Origin: Macrostomum hystrix
Taxonomy: Eukaryota; Animalia; Platyhelminthes
Direction of reading: 5' to 3'
Length of the DNA stretch: 64,000 bases
Assembly: GCA_950097015.1 (NCBI GenBank)
Contig: CATNEN010000003.1
Span: 5,518,001 to 5,582,000, forward strand
Below are positions 33,701 to 45,214 of this stretch, piece after piece (the stretch's first letter is position 1; each line of letters begins with the position of its first letter). A model generated the notes under the pieces. The model saw only the letters and a list, made by a program, of their open reading frames with translations. It was not told where the DNA came from and did not search any database. The position numbers were made by a program, and so were the translations under genes.

Positions 33701-34574
33701 ATTTTAAAATCGAATTCCGTTTGTCTCCCTCTTAGACTTTTTTATTAGCAGTCGACCGGAATTGGATCGGTTCCTAACTCCTAACCCTAACCCTAACCCT
33801 GATCTCTAGAGTCAGAGGCACCTCCTATTGGAGGTCGCTATTTGTAGACTTTACTAGACCGACTGCCAGCCGACTACGGCAGCAGATCCATCAACGGGAT
33901 TAACGACATCCGACGCGACATCTATTGACCTACCCGACAACGTCAGTCTCATTTCTCTAGATGAGGTAGTTTTCAAATGGGGTCCGCTCAAAGTCGATAC
34001 CCCCCTGCCTGTCGAGTCTTGTCATTTTGACGTGGGTACCACTGACTAAAGTGATTTCGGGATGCCACTTAATATCTGTAAGTAAGTCTGCGGCGTCCAG
34101 AATATTGCCGCAATTGTAGTGTATCTTCCCTATGTATTTCGTCAACTTCTAGGAAACTTTCCAGGTTAATAAAATCGAGTAGAATTCATTTAAAATCATG
34201 AAACCAACTCAGTCGCGTAGAAAATTATTTGTAGATTGATATCCTATCGAATTCGACTCGGGTAGACTGTGCTCAAATCTATTGGGCCACCCGTATATTA
34301 CTGACAGTAGTCAGAGCCGAAAAATGACGAAAGAGTAAGAAAATGTCGTCGTCAGCTACCCGGATTCTACTCTAGTCCTAACCCTAACCCAAACCCTAAC
34401 CCTAACCCTTTGCAAAATTGTCCATGTACATTTGGGGTAAAGACTTGCACTCCGTCCCAGCCAATAGGAGCTAGGTGAGTCTACTGTGGGTCAGATTTTC
34501 GACACTTAAATAAGGGCCTGGCAATCTAGTTCTATATATAATCTTTGGCCCCCACACCCCGGCTACACTTCAAA

Positions 34575-34650
34575 TTAGTGGTCTCGCCGGGGTGCGAACT
34601 TGTGCCACTGGCGCTTGAGTCGGACGCGCTGCCGCTACGCCACTCCCCCC
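34575..34650 (-). mobile_element. tRNA-like SINE head (second copy at ~41295-41366)
   Basis: A-box TGGCGTAGCGG and degenerate B-box AGTTCGCACCC on the minus strand. Confidence 0.55.
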
Positions 34651-34759
34651 TGCTGACAATTGCTAGTTGACAGGTTTATGCAGGCCGACACATCGACACT
34701 GGATCGGCCGCTTTGGTGTGCCCAGCAGCCTCACGCCGGAGTGCTGCGTCCTTCTAGGG

Positions 34760-35193
34760 CAGGGGTAGGCAAACATATTTGCTGGCGGGCCAAAGAGAGA
34801 ACCTAAAAGACGACAGCGGGCCGCATTGACTGTATAAATATGAAATAGGGGAGAGATGAGACACGGGAGAGATTAGACACGCGAGAGATTAGACACGCGA
34901 GAGATTAGACACGGGAGAGATGAGACAGGGGAGAGATTAGACACGGGAGAGATGAGACACAGGAGAGATGAGACACGGGAGAGATGAGACACGGGAGAGA
35001 TGAGACACGGGAGAGATGAGACACGGGAGAGATGAGACACTGGAGAGATGAGACACTGGAGAGATGAGACACGGGAGAGATTAGACCGAGAGAGATGAAA
35101 CAGGACACTGTAGATGTCAGAAGGGGCAACGGGCCGGATTTGGGAGCTTCGAGGGCCGCATCTGGCCCGCGGGCCGGAGTTTGCCGACCCCTG
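34760..35193. mobile_element. Non-autonomous hAT element carrying a 17-bp internal minisatellite
   Basis: TIRs CAGGGGTAGGCAAAC / GTTTGCCGACCCCTG, 8-bp TSD TTCTAGGG, empty site at about 41470. Confidence 0.9.
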
Positions 35194-35643
35194 TTCTAGG
35201 GCAATATAGTAGTCCTTGGCATGAAATCCAAAACGATGCTCTGGTATATTTTTGTAGTATTTATTCTCAGTAGTTGAGAGACAGAATAGCTAACTTTTCG
35301 TTACTTGGAAATACATTTACAGTATCTCTGAGATCGTGGGCTGGTAAATCAATCAACTTAGAAACAACGGTAAGATTTAAAAAGCTTTAGGGGTGTCACA
35401 AGATACGTTCTAATAAACAAATCAAACGTTTTTTATTATTAATGTTCACAATTGAGGGCGAGCCAATTAAAAAACGTTACATTTTATGGTTGCAACTTAG
35501 GACTTAGGACATTAAGTTTAATGAAGAAGGCTCCGAAACTACAGAGCTTTTCATAACCAAAGCCTCCTCTTCATGTTTTGTCCAGAATATTTTTTTCACT
35601 CGTAACTTCAGTTGGCGAGAAAGCGTTGCGGCATGCGCCAGTT

Positions 35644-35941
35644 CTAGGTGCAACCATCCTCCCAGGCGAAGCAGTCGCAGTTGCCTGAAAATGTCGGTTG
35701 AGTTTGTCCACTTAGAAACATGACCGCATGGTTGATTACAGGATTTCTCTCAAGCACAATGTCACTCACATCCACCCGGGTAGGGGCACCATCTGCCACC
35801 GAAAATTGTCCCAATGACCTTGCAGGCGTTGTAGTGGGTACAGCGCAGCGTACAGGACGCGCTGATTCCGGCCTCGGACTGCGGAGCCTGCAGAGCGAGG
35901 ATCAGCAACGAGAGCCCGACGGTCAAGAAGACGGAGCGCAT
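35644..35941 (-). CDS. Secreted cysteine-rich peptide, paralog 1 (70 aa, 8 Cys); exons 35941-35770 and 35684-35644
   Basis: MRSVFLTVGLSLLILALQAPQSEA|GISASCTLRCTHYNACKVIGTIFGGRWCPYPGGCNCDCFAWEDGCT*. 85-nt GTGAGT...TTTCAG intron, upstream TATAAA, downstream AATAAA. Confidence 0.85.
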
Positions 35942-36041
35942 GATCGAAACTGGTCAGATGAAATCAAGTCAAAGCACGACTGTTTGGTTTGTTCAGTGTC
36001 TCGGTTTGAGAAATTAAGGATGAAAGCTCCAAAAATCAGCG

Positions 36042-36053
36042 GTATTTATAAAG
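36042..36053 (-). promoter_or_regulatory. TATA box of peptide paralog 1 (equivalent at ~42316-42326 for paralog 2)
   Basis: TATAAATA about 100 bp upstream of the ATG in both copies. Confidence 0.55.
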
Positions 36054-37789
36054 CTAGGAGGGTTGGTGTTGCAACACTATCAGTAGCAGGCGCTCATATC
36101 TATTTAGCGGAAATTTTTGTTTCCATACTAAGCCATAGTTAGCATTGGAATTTTTTCAAGATACGAGTCCCAGATTTAGCTTATGGAAACAAAATTTAGC
36201 TTACTAAAGCAAAAAAATTAAACAACCTTATCATGAAATTGTTTTCGTTTAAGTAAAAAAAGCAAACTGCACTGTAGAAGTTCACGGCTCTGAGAGCAGC
36301 AAGAAGAAGAGGAATAAGAGAGTAGAAATAGAAGCATCTTCCACCAATTTCACGTGTTTTTTATTTGCGTCCGATAATTAGGCGAGTCTCATTGTCTGGA
36401 CAGCCGTCTCTTGCGTTGAAATTGCATTAAACTAATGAGTTACGAGTACAAAATATTCATTTTGTATTTAGTTGAATTCGTAAGCTTAAATCAGAAACCA
36501 AGCGTCTGCATCGTGCAAGCGACGAAATGCCTCGCAAAGAGGCTCTCCAGGTTTGTCAACGGAAGTCGCGCCATTTTAAATTCGCTCCGACCACTTTTAC
36601 AGCCTCCGAGTATTTAGGTTCGATGCTGTCATACAGATACATCGGGTCATGTTCGAATTTTATTTAATTGTTCATTATATTTTAAAGCTACTGCATATTG
36701 TTACGGTCCTAGTGACAATAAATGATGTTTCAATATAACAAAACGACATAATTAAAAAGGAAAATGAAATCTGATCTTGCGTATCATAATCATTCAGCTG
36801 GGCCAGAAGGTATATGATAAAGACAGAAAGATGCATGAATTAATAAAGCTAGTTAGTTAAGTTAAGTTAAGATTGCAGGGGGCTGAAGGCTTTGCCGAGA
36901 CCATTTTGGCGACAGTCAACCCTCAGCCAGCGGGGAGGCAATTCTATGCCCATTCCGCTGACCCCTGAGCACACACAGGCACACAGATACGTACGCAGGC
37001 ACGTACGCATCCTCCGCGCAGCATCCGCCGCTGAAACTTTCAAGCCTCCCTCCCATTCAAGCCTGCTGCCAGCATAATTGTATATATAGAGTTAGACCCT
37101 CCCACTATCTGTTATCCAAGAGTTACTATTAAAGCTGTTCAATTTTCTGGAGTTCAATAACTACTACGCATTCTTAGCACTTTCTGCCTGTCCTCACGTA
37201 GCTAGCTAAGCAGAGGTTGTTGAAAATTTTGCAGTCGCTTTTAATTGATCGACAAGCAAATTTCACTGCCAGTCATTCAGCAGTCAGTCAGCCAGTCAAG
37301 CTGTCAGCCTCGAAACTCTAGCCGCGTAACCATGGAATCATGAATCGATGCAAAAACACAGCCGGAAAAATTTGCTTTAGTGAGGGCTTTAACACTGTAT
37401 GAACTCCTCAATTGAGCGGATGAACGCTTCCAGCTGCAGTAATTTTCTCGTTCCTAAAGATGTATACAGAGAGTTATATGGTGGATGGATGCAGCACTGG
37501 ATGATGTAGCTGGAAGCGAAACTTTGCTGCAGCCTGCAGCTGAGTGAAGCATGAAATTCACAACCCAGCTGTGTACTTGTATTCCGTTTTGTCACTAAAG
37601 CGCTGGGTTTTACTCGTAGTTTTTGTTAAATGAAATGGCTACAGCCCCGGGTCTTTGGCGAAGATTTTCGCCGCCAACTGACCCCCAACTTAGCCTAATG
37701 AGGCGATCCAGGCTGGGTCGAAAAAAATATAATTTAAGCGGCTTCTCTGGACTATGGCGAGTAACGACAGATGGGACGGAGAATATGAG

Positions 37790-38275
37790 ACATCGTCTAC
37801 TCCATTCAGAAGCGATACGAGACGAAAGGACAGCGAAATCGGCGTCCGCCTGGTGGAACTCGCGGCGCAAAGCTGGGCGAGGAACAGACAGAGTGGCTGG
37901 TGCAACATCTTGACCGGAACCCAATGATGACGCTGGCAGAGATAGCACGATCGGTACAAGGTAGATTTGAAGGTCTTCAAGTTAGCACTGCTACAATCAG
38001 TCGAGCTTTAGACAAGCAGCTTATCACCCTGAAATGTCTGAGCCGGGATGCCGACATTCCTGCAGCGCACTTTACTCCGGAGAATCGACTTCGAAGGCGC
38101 GAATTCGCGCCTGCCACCTCTGGACACTCCACTGTGGCAGCGGCGGATTCTGGTGCTGCACAGGATTGCAGAGGAGGCCACTGGTGAGGTGACTCCTGCC
38201 AAATTCGGCGGCTGGTTCAGGCAGATGCTGCGACGAGTTCCGGCCTGCTTGGCAGGGCAGCCGATTGACGACTGA
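37790..38275 (+). pseudogene. Internally deleted Tc1/IS630-like transposase remnant
   Basis: Matches 46036-46872 with the catalytic core deleted. Confidence 0.8.
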
Positions 38276-38450
38276 GTGTTACGCCTCTTTGCGAGTAACG
38301 CCGGACACTTTCTGTGTTTCACTGTTCCCTTTAAATGTTTGAATCTTGCGTTGCATTCAACTTTTGTCGATGCATAAAGTTTAGTTAACAGTTTAATTAA
38401 TCAAAGCGTAGCATTGATAAAAAGCGTCAAAACAAAGACAATATTGTTTC

Positions 38451-38723
38451 TTGATATTGATGAATACGAAGAATATTCTAATCAGAAGTAAACTCAGTCT
38501 TGATTGGGTATTTCAGGGAAAGCGAATGAATATTTTGCACAGCATCCCAAACTTTACTGCTGGAGGACAGATGCTGGTAGAGAAACCTAATCCAGTGAAA
38601 AGAGTTGTATTGAGTAATAAGGAGATTCACGAGATTGTGCTGCAGTTTGAAAATGAAGATGGTGCTGGCATTGATTTCAACGGTGAAGAGTTTGTGCAGA
38701 CGTTGATCATTGAGAGAATTTGA
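38451..38723 (+). pseudogene. Possible Polinton/adintovirus minor capsid (penton) C-terminal fragment; copy at 47051-47323 has a premature stop
   Basis: ILHSIP...G.MLVEKP...I.EI.L.FENEDG..IDFNGEE pattern recalled from Polinton penton C-termini. Not verified by search. Confidence 0.45.
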
Positions 38724-40991
38724 GAGAAAATGTACATAGAGAGCCGTCTTCCTAAATCGAATTTTGAGCTCTATATCCAATAGAGGGGAGTGCATGTGGA
38801 GTACGCCTCTCGTCCCCGCTGTACTCTGAATTCCTGTCTTAAAGGTAACGTTTTGCATTGCACGCGCCCAGTAAAGAAATGGGAAGACTGTTGAAAGAGC
38901 TTGGGGTTGAGAAGGCAATTGAACCCTGGGCTAAAAATAGCCTCAATAGCCTAAATTTGTTTTATTAAGGAGCAAAGCTTTTTCGCTCATTTCAAGCAAC
39001 ATTTTTTCTCCGCGCGCGTGGATCAAGCGAAAAAATTTTGCTCCTTAAAAAAACATTTTTTCCGGGTTTTTTGGGTTTTTCTAACGTGTCTATTAATGGC
39101 ACTCTGAAATTAGAGACAGAAATTTTGAGAAAATCTCTTTTCTCTGAGAATAATTTTCGTCCCAGAATACTACTCACAGAATAAGGTATGTTATGTTGCA
39201 AATAGCAATTATTAACAGTGAATTATAATATTGTTAACTGATTACATATGTAAGTAACATCAAAATTGCTAGATTAATTTTTGTATTGTATAACACAACA
39301 TAGCCCTATTCAAATATGGTACTAATCTAGACACCTTGTTTTGCCTCAACTTGATAAAATTGATTGAAAAGCTTTAGGCAATTTTGTTTCCAGTCTTAAA
39401 TATTAAAATGAGTTTGGATTTTTACTTAGCTTTAAAGTGATAGTACTGCCATTGGCCAAAGCATAACACAGTAGTTACTATAGAAAATATAGTACTTTCT
39501 TGATCAGCCTAATTGATAATGCTTTAATTTAAAACCTGCTTTTTATTACATATTAATTATAGTTAAATTATTTTAAGATAAGTAATTGTAAATTCACTAA
39601 TAATGGCGCTGACACTGCTATCAAAAACGTCACAACCACTTTGCTTATAAGGGCATCTTAATTATCAGTGACAAACATTAACGAAATCTAGAGAGCAATT
39701 CCGTTTCATGGAGACTTCATGGAGCTCAGTGCGCTACATTACACGCATGACATATTGAAGATAAACGTTTTGTAGTTTGGATTAAACTAGCTGTGAGAAC
39801 AAAGCCATACGGGTCAGATAAAGTTCAATCGCAAAGCTAGAAAACATTGACTAAAAAGCCATGAGACCTATATAAGAACAGGAAAATTTCAATTAGCTTG
39901 ACATTTGTAAGCTTATCGCATGCCACAAGCCTGCGATCAAACTTCACTTTCGAGTACGTGCAACAGCGCACGCATGCAGGCATAGAAAGAGCAAATTGCA
40001 CGTCTGCACATTTTTAAATCTGGTTAGTAAAACAAGTATGTAGAGATACCCAATAATGATGAGAAATGTGATTAACACATAGCGAACAATATTAAATCAA
40101 ATTATTACTACAATGTTTTATTGTGGGCAAAAAATAAAATGTACTTTTATATAAATCAGCGTTGTTTTTGTGGCATACTTCCAACTAATAGACAACGCCT
40201 CCCTAACCACAACGCTAATCAACGCTAAATCAACGCCCACTCAATAATGGCGTATTTTACTAGCAAGGACGCCATTTCTATTTGTATGCAATAGGTAGTA
40301 AGAAAAAAGGCACGTTTTCTTTAAAAACGGAAAAATACCGCACTCAACGGTGATACAACTAACAACGGTCAAACAACGTTGTTCCAACGACGGCTGTCCC
40401 ACTGGGTATAGTCCCTCGTAATCCCCTCAATTTTGCCCATTGTTAAAATTTCCAAAAATATAGTCCCTCCTAATTCCTTGCCCTGGCCCCATTGTTAAAA
40501 TTTCCTGGCCTTAAGCCCCTCTGCCAAATTTACACACATTTGCCCCCCCCCGCTAAGTCCCTCCACTGTCAACAGACCCTCGCGCACGTTGACTCCTCGG
40601 CCCGCTCTATGCATTCGCCTCGCGCACCCACTAATTCCCTCCAAACACAAACACTCCCATTGCCCAGCTCGCACCTTGAGCCCTCGTGCCCAGCCCAGCC
40701 AAAACACCCTTTCCCTCTCTAACCCAAACCCGACCCATTGGCTCCCGGCCCACCCTTGCCCAAACCAATACCGACCCTTCCTCCTTTCACTCAGACCCCA
40801 CTCTGACCCTATGCGGACCCTCATTTTTTCTCCCATTTGTCAATTTGTTACCCCTGCTCAACTCCCATTTGCTAACTGTAACCCCTACCCTCTTTTCATT
40901 CGCTCCCGACCCTTGCGCCCATCTTTTTAATGTAATTTTAATATTATATATTCAAATATACCCGCCACACCCTAGACTCTTCACTTATTCA

Positions 40992-41029
40992 GCTCTTGAT
41001 AATGGCAAACCCGCCGAAACGCATCGAGC
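40992..41029 (+). ncRNA. Minimal hammerhead ribozyme (U3-A8 variant), copy 2
   Basis: GCTC-TTGATAA-T-GGC(AAACCC)GCC-GAAA-CGCA-TC-GAGC. Confidence 0.65.
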
Positions 41030-41884
41030 ATTCTAAAATCAAATTCCGTCTGTCTCCCTCTTAGACTTTTTTATTAGCAGTCGACCGGAACTGGATCGGT
41101 TCCTAACTCCTAACCCTAACCCTTTGCAAACTTGTCCATGTACATTTGGGGTAAAGACTTGCACTCCGTCCCAGCCAATAGGAGCTAGGTGAGTCTACTG
41201 TGGGTCAGATTTTCGACACTTAAATAAGGGCCTGGCAATCTAGTTCTATATATAATCTTTGGCCCCCACACCCCGGCTACACTTCAAATTAATGTGGTCT
41301 CGCCGGGGTGCGAACTTGTGCCACTGGCGCTTGAGTCGGACGCGCTGCCGCTACGCCACTCCCCCCTGCTGACAATTGCTAGTTGAAAGGTTAATGCAGG
41401 CCGACACATCGACACTGGATCGGCCGCTTTGGTGTGCCCAGCAGCCTCACGCCGGAGTGCTGCGTCCTTCTAGGGCAATTTAGTAGTCCTTGGCATGAAA
41501 TCCAAAACGATGCTCTGGTATATTATTTTGTAGTATTTATTCTCAGTAGTTGAGAGACAGAATACCTAACTTTTCGTTACTTGGAAATACATTTACAGTA
41601 TCTCTGAGATCGTGGGCTGGTAAATCAATCTACTAAGAAACAACGGTAAGATTTGAAAAGCTTTAAGAGTGTCACAAGATACGTTCTAATAAACAAATCA
41701 AACGTGTTTTATTATTAATGTTCACAATTGAGGGCGAGCCAATTAAAAAACGTTACATTTTATGGTTGCAACTTAGGAATTAGTTACATTAAGTTTAATG
41801 AAGAAGGCTCTGAAACTACAGAGCTTTTCATAACCAAAGCCTCCTCTTCATGTTTTGTCCAGAATATTTTTTTCACTCGTAACT

Positions 41885-42215
41885 TCAGTTGGTGCGACAC
41901 TCTTGCGTCTCTTGCCAGTTCCTGATGCAATCTTCATCCCAGGCGAAGCAGTCGCAGTTGCCTGAAAATGTCGGTTGAGTTTGTCCACTTAGAAACATGA
42001 CCGCATGGTTGATTACAAGATCTCTCTCAAGCACAATGTCACTCACATCCACACGGGCAGCGGCACCCGCCACCGATAATAGACCTAATGGGCTTGCAGA
42101 CGTTGCAGATGGCACATTGCAGCGTACAGTACGCGCTGATTCCGGCCTCGGACTGCGGAGCCTGCAGAGCGAGGATCAGCAACGAGAGCCCGACGGTCAA
42201 GAAGACGGAGCGCAT
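41885..42215 (-). CDS. Secreted cysteine-rich peptide, paralog 2 (81 aa, 12 Cys); exons 42215-42047 and 41961-41885
   Basis: Same signal peptide as paralog 1, then GISAYCTLQCAICNVCKPIRSIIGGGCRCPCGCNCDCFAWDEDCIRNWQETQECRTN*. Same phase-1 intron. Confidence 0.85.
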
Positions 42216-43931
42216 GATCGAAACTGGTCAGATGAAATCAAGTCAAAGCACGACTGATTGGTTTGTTCAGTGTCTCGGTTTGAGAAATTAAGGATGAAAG
42301 CTCCAAAAATCAGCGGTATTTATAAATCTAGGAGGGTTGGTGTTGCATCACTATCAGTAGCAGGCGCTCATATCTATTAAGCGGAAATTTTTGTTTCCAT
42401 ACTAAGCCATAGTTAGCATTGGAATTTTTTCAAGATACGAGTCCCAGAGAGGCTTGTTTTATCAATTCGGGTTACAAAAAAAATTTAGCTTACTAAAGCA
42501 AAAAATTAAACAACCTTATCATGAAATTGTTTTCGTTTAAGTAAAAAAAGCAAACTGCACTGTAGAAGTTCACGGCTCTGAGAGCAGCAAGAAGAAGAGG
42601 AATAAGAGAGTAGAAATAGAAGCATCTTCCACCAATTTCACGTGTTTTTTATTTGCGTCCGATAATTAGGCGAGTCTCATTGTCTGGACAGCCGTCTCTT
42701 GCGTTGAAATTGCATTAAACTAATGAGTTACGAGTACAAAATATTCATTTTGTATTTAGTTGAATTCGTAAGCTTAAATCAGAAACCAAGCGTCTGCATC
42801 GTGCAAGCGACGAAATGCCTCGCAAAGAGGCTCTCCAGGTTTGTCAACGGAAGTCGCGCCATTTTAAATTCGCTCCGACCACTTTTACAGCCTCCGAGTA
42901 TTTAGGTTCGATGCTGTCATACAGATACATCGGGTCATGTTCGAATTTTATTTAATTGTTCATTATATTTTAAAGCTACTGCATATTGTTACGGTCCTAG
43001 TGACAATAAATGATGTTTCAATATAACAAAACGACATAATTAAAAAGGAAAATGAAATCTGATCTTGCGTATCATAATCATTCAGCTGGGCCAGAAGGTA
43101 TATGATAAAGACAGAAAGATGCATGAATTAATAAAGCTAGTTAGTTAAGTTAAGTTAAGATTGCAGGGGGCTGAAGGCTTTGCCGAGACCATTTTGGCGA
43201 CAGTCAACCCTCAGCCAGCGGGGAGGCAATTCTATGCCCATTCCGCCGACCCCTGAGCACACACAGGCACACAGATACGTACGCAGGCACGTACGCATCC
43301 TCCGCGCAGCATCCGCCGCTTAAACTTTCAAGCCTCCCTCCCATTCAAGCCTGCTGCCAGCATAATTGTATATATAGAGTTAGACCCTCCCACTATCTGT
43401 TATCCAAGAGTTACTATTAAAGCTGTTCAATTTTCTGGAGTTCAATAACTACTACGCATTCTTAGCACTTTCTGCCTGTCCTCACGAGCTAGCTAAGCAG
43501 AGGTTGTTGAAAATTTTGCAGTCGCTTTTAATTGATCGACAAGCAAATTTGACTGCCAGTCATTCAGCAGTCAGTCAGTCAGTCAAGCTGTCAGCCTCGA
43601 AACTCTAGCCGCGTAACCATGGAATCATGAATCGATGCAAAAACACAGCCGGAAAAAGTTGCTTTCGTGAGGGCTTTAACACTGTATGAACTCCTCAATT
43701 GAGCAGATGAACGCTTCCAGCTGCAGTAATTTTATCGTTCCTAAAGATGTATACAGAGAGTTTTATGGTGGATGGGTGCAGCACTGGATGATGTAGCTGG
43801 AAGCGAAACTTTGCTGCAGCCTGCAGCTGAGTGAAGCATGAAATTCACAACCCAGCTGTGTACTCGTATTCCGTTTTGTCACTAAAGCGCTGGGTTTTAC
43901 TCGTAGTTTTTGTTAAATGGAATGGCTACAG

Positions 43932-45214
43932 CAGTGGTTCTCAACCTGTGGGTCGCGATGCAGACGATGCAACCCAGTGGGGTCGCGTGACCATTTTCTG
44001 GGGGTCGCAGTTAAAAGTGTGCGTAGAATCTACGCTACGATTCTACGCTAAGAATGCGTAGTAGTTATTGAACTCCAGAAAATTGAACAGCTTTAATAGT
44101 AACTCTTGGATAACAGATAGTGGGAGGGTCTAACTCTATATAAACAAATAAAAATATGTATTTTTTGGGGAGAACTCTTTAGAGATATTAGAGTAAAACA
44201 TTTTTAGTAAAAGTAAAAGTAAGTCAAAGTCTGTTAGCTACATTGCAATGGCTATAGCACTAGCGGCCTAGCACTTAACTTGAAGTCACAACACAAAATA
44301 TGCACGCAGTCGCAAGCTAAGCCTGTTCTGCTAGATATGGGCTGAGTCACACGACACCACACGACAAGCAAAACAAACTTTCCTTCTGTCTCCCTTCTAC
44401 CTTGTTACCCCAGCGAATTTAAAACGAACAATCGCAACTCCTTACCCAGAGGAGGAAATCCTCTCACCAATCCACCCCTACATTCAAACGCATTCCCGTT
44501 CCTTTTGGCTTAGCCGATTGGAGGCACAATATCCTGCTTATGATTAGGGTTAGATTAGGATTAGAGAGGCATCTGCCCAGATATTCAATCTCATCTGTTG
44601 TTAATGGCATCGTCTGAAACTCGCCTAAGCGCAGTTATAATGAAGCATTTCTTGAGTTAGGTTTCACAACTGCGAATGAAAAACCACAATGTGTTATCTG
44701 CGAAGTCACATTGTCAAAGGAGTCAATGAAACCAAAAAACTCAAGCGCCATCTGCAAACCCAGCACCCTGAAGTTGCGACTAAGCCACGCGAGTATACTT
44801 TGTGGAGAAGTTAAGGCGTCAAATTCCATCAGTTGGTATCACTGAACCAGCGTGCACAGGCAGCGTGCACAGGACAGAACAGTGGTGCTGTGAAACGCAT
44901 CCAAGATGTCGCGCCTGATGCTAGCTGGACACTGCTTCATCCATCGTGAAGCACTGGCAGCCAAAGACTTGTCAGCTGAACTCCACGCCGTCTTGACAGA
45001 CGTTTCCGTGGTGAATTTCATCAAAAGCCGACCTCTGAATCATCGACTGTTCACGGCACTGTGCGAGGAAATGGGGGCTGAGCACAGTTCCCTCCTCCAC
45101 ACCGAAGTTCGCTGGCTATCGCGTGGTCGCATGCTTATAAAAGGGGTCGCAAACAAACAAAAAAGATGCAAGGGAATAAATTAGGGTCGCCTGAAAAAAG
45201 GTTGAGAACCGCTG
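43932..45214 (+). mobile_element. Deleted hAT (Buster/Charlie) transposon
   Basis: TIRs CAGTGGTTCTCAACC / GGTTGAGAACCGCTG, 8-bp TSD GGCTACAG, remnants PQCVIC...KRHL (BED finger), HCFIHREALAAK and HTEVRWLSRG. Empty site at about 37640. Confidence 0.92.

Larger units (their letters stand above)
30876..39186 (+). repeat. Tandem segmental duplication, copy 1
   Basis: Colinear and near-identical to 40408-47741 apart from copy-specific insertions and deletions. Confidence 0.92.

Noticed and set aside
33770-33800. CTAACCCTAAC as a telomerase RNA template
   Set aside because: Occurs as several full repeats within duplicated mobile-element sequence, with no supporting structure seen.
35720-36142. 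Plus-strand ORFs here and at 41997-42291
   Set aside because: Antisense shadows of the minus-strand peptide genes, which have a signal peptide, intron, TATA and polyA signal.
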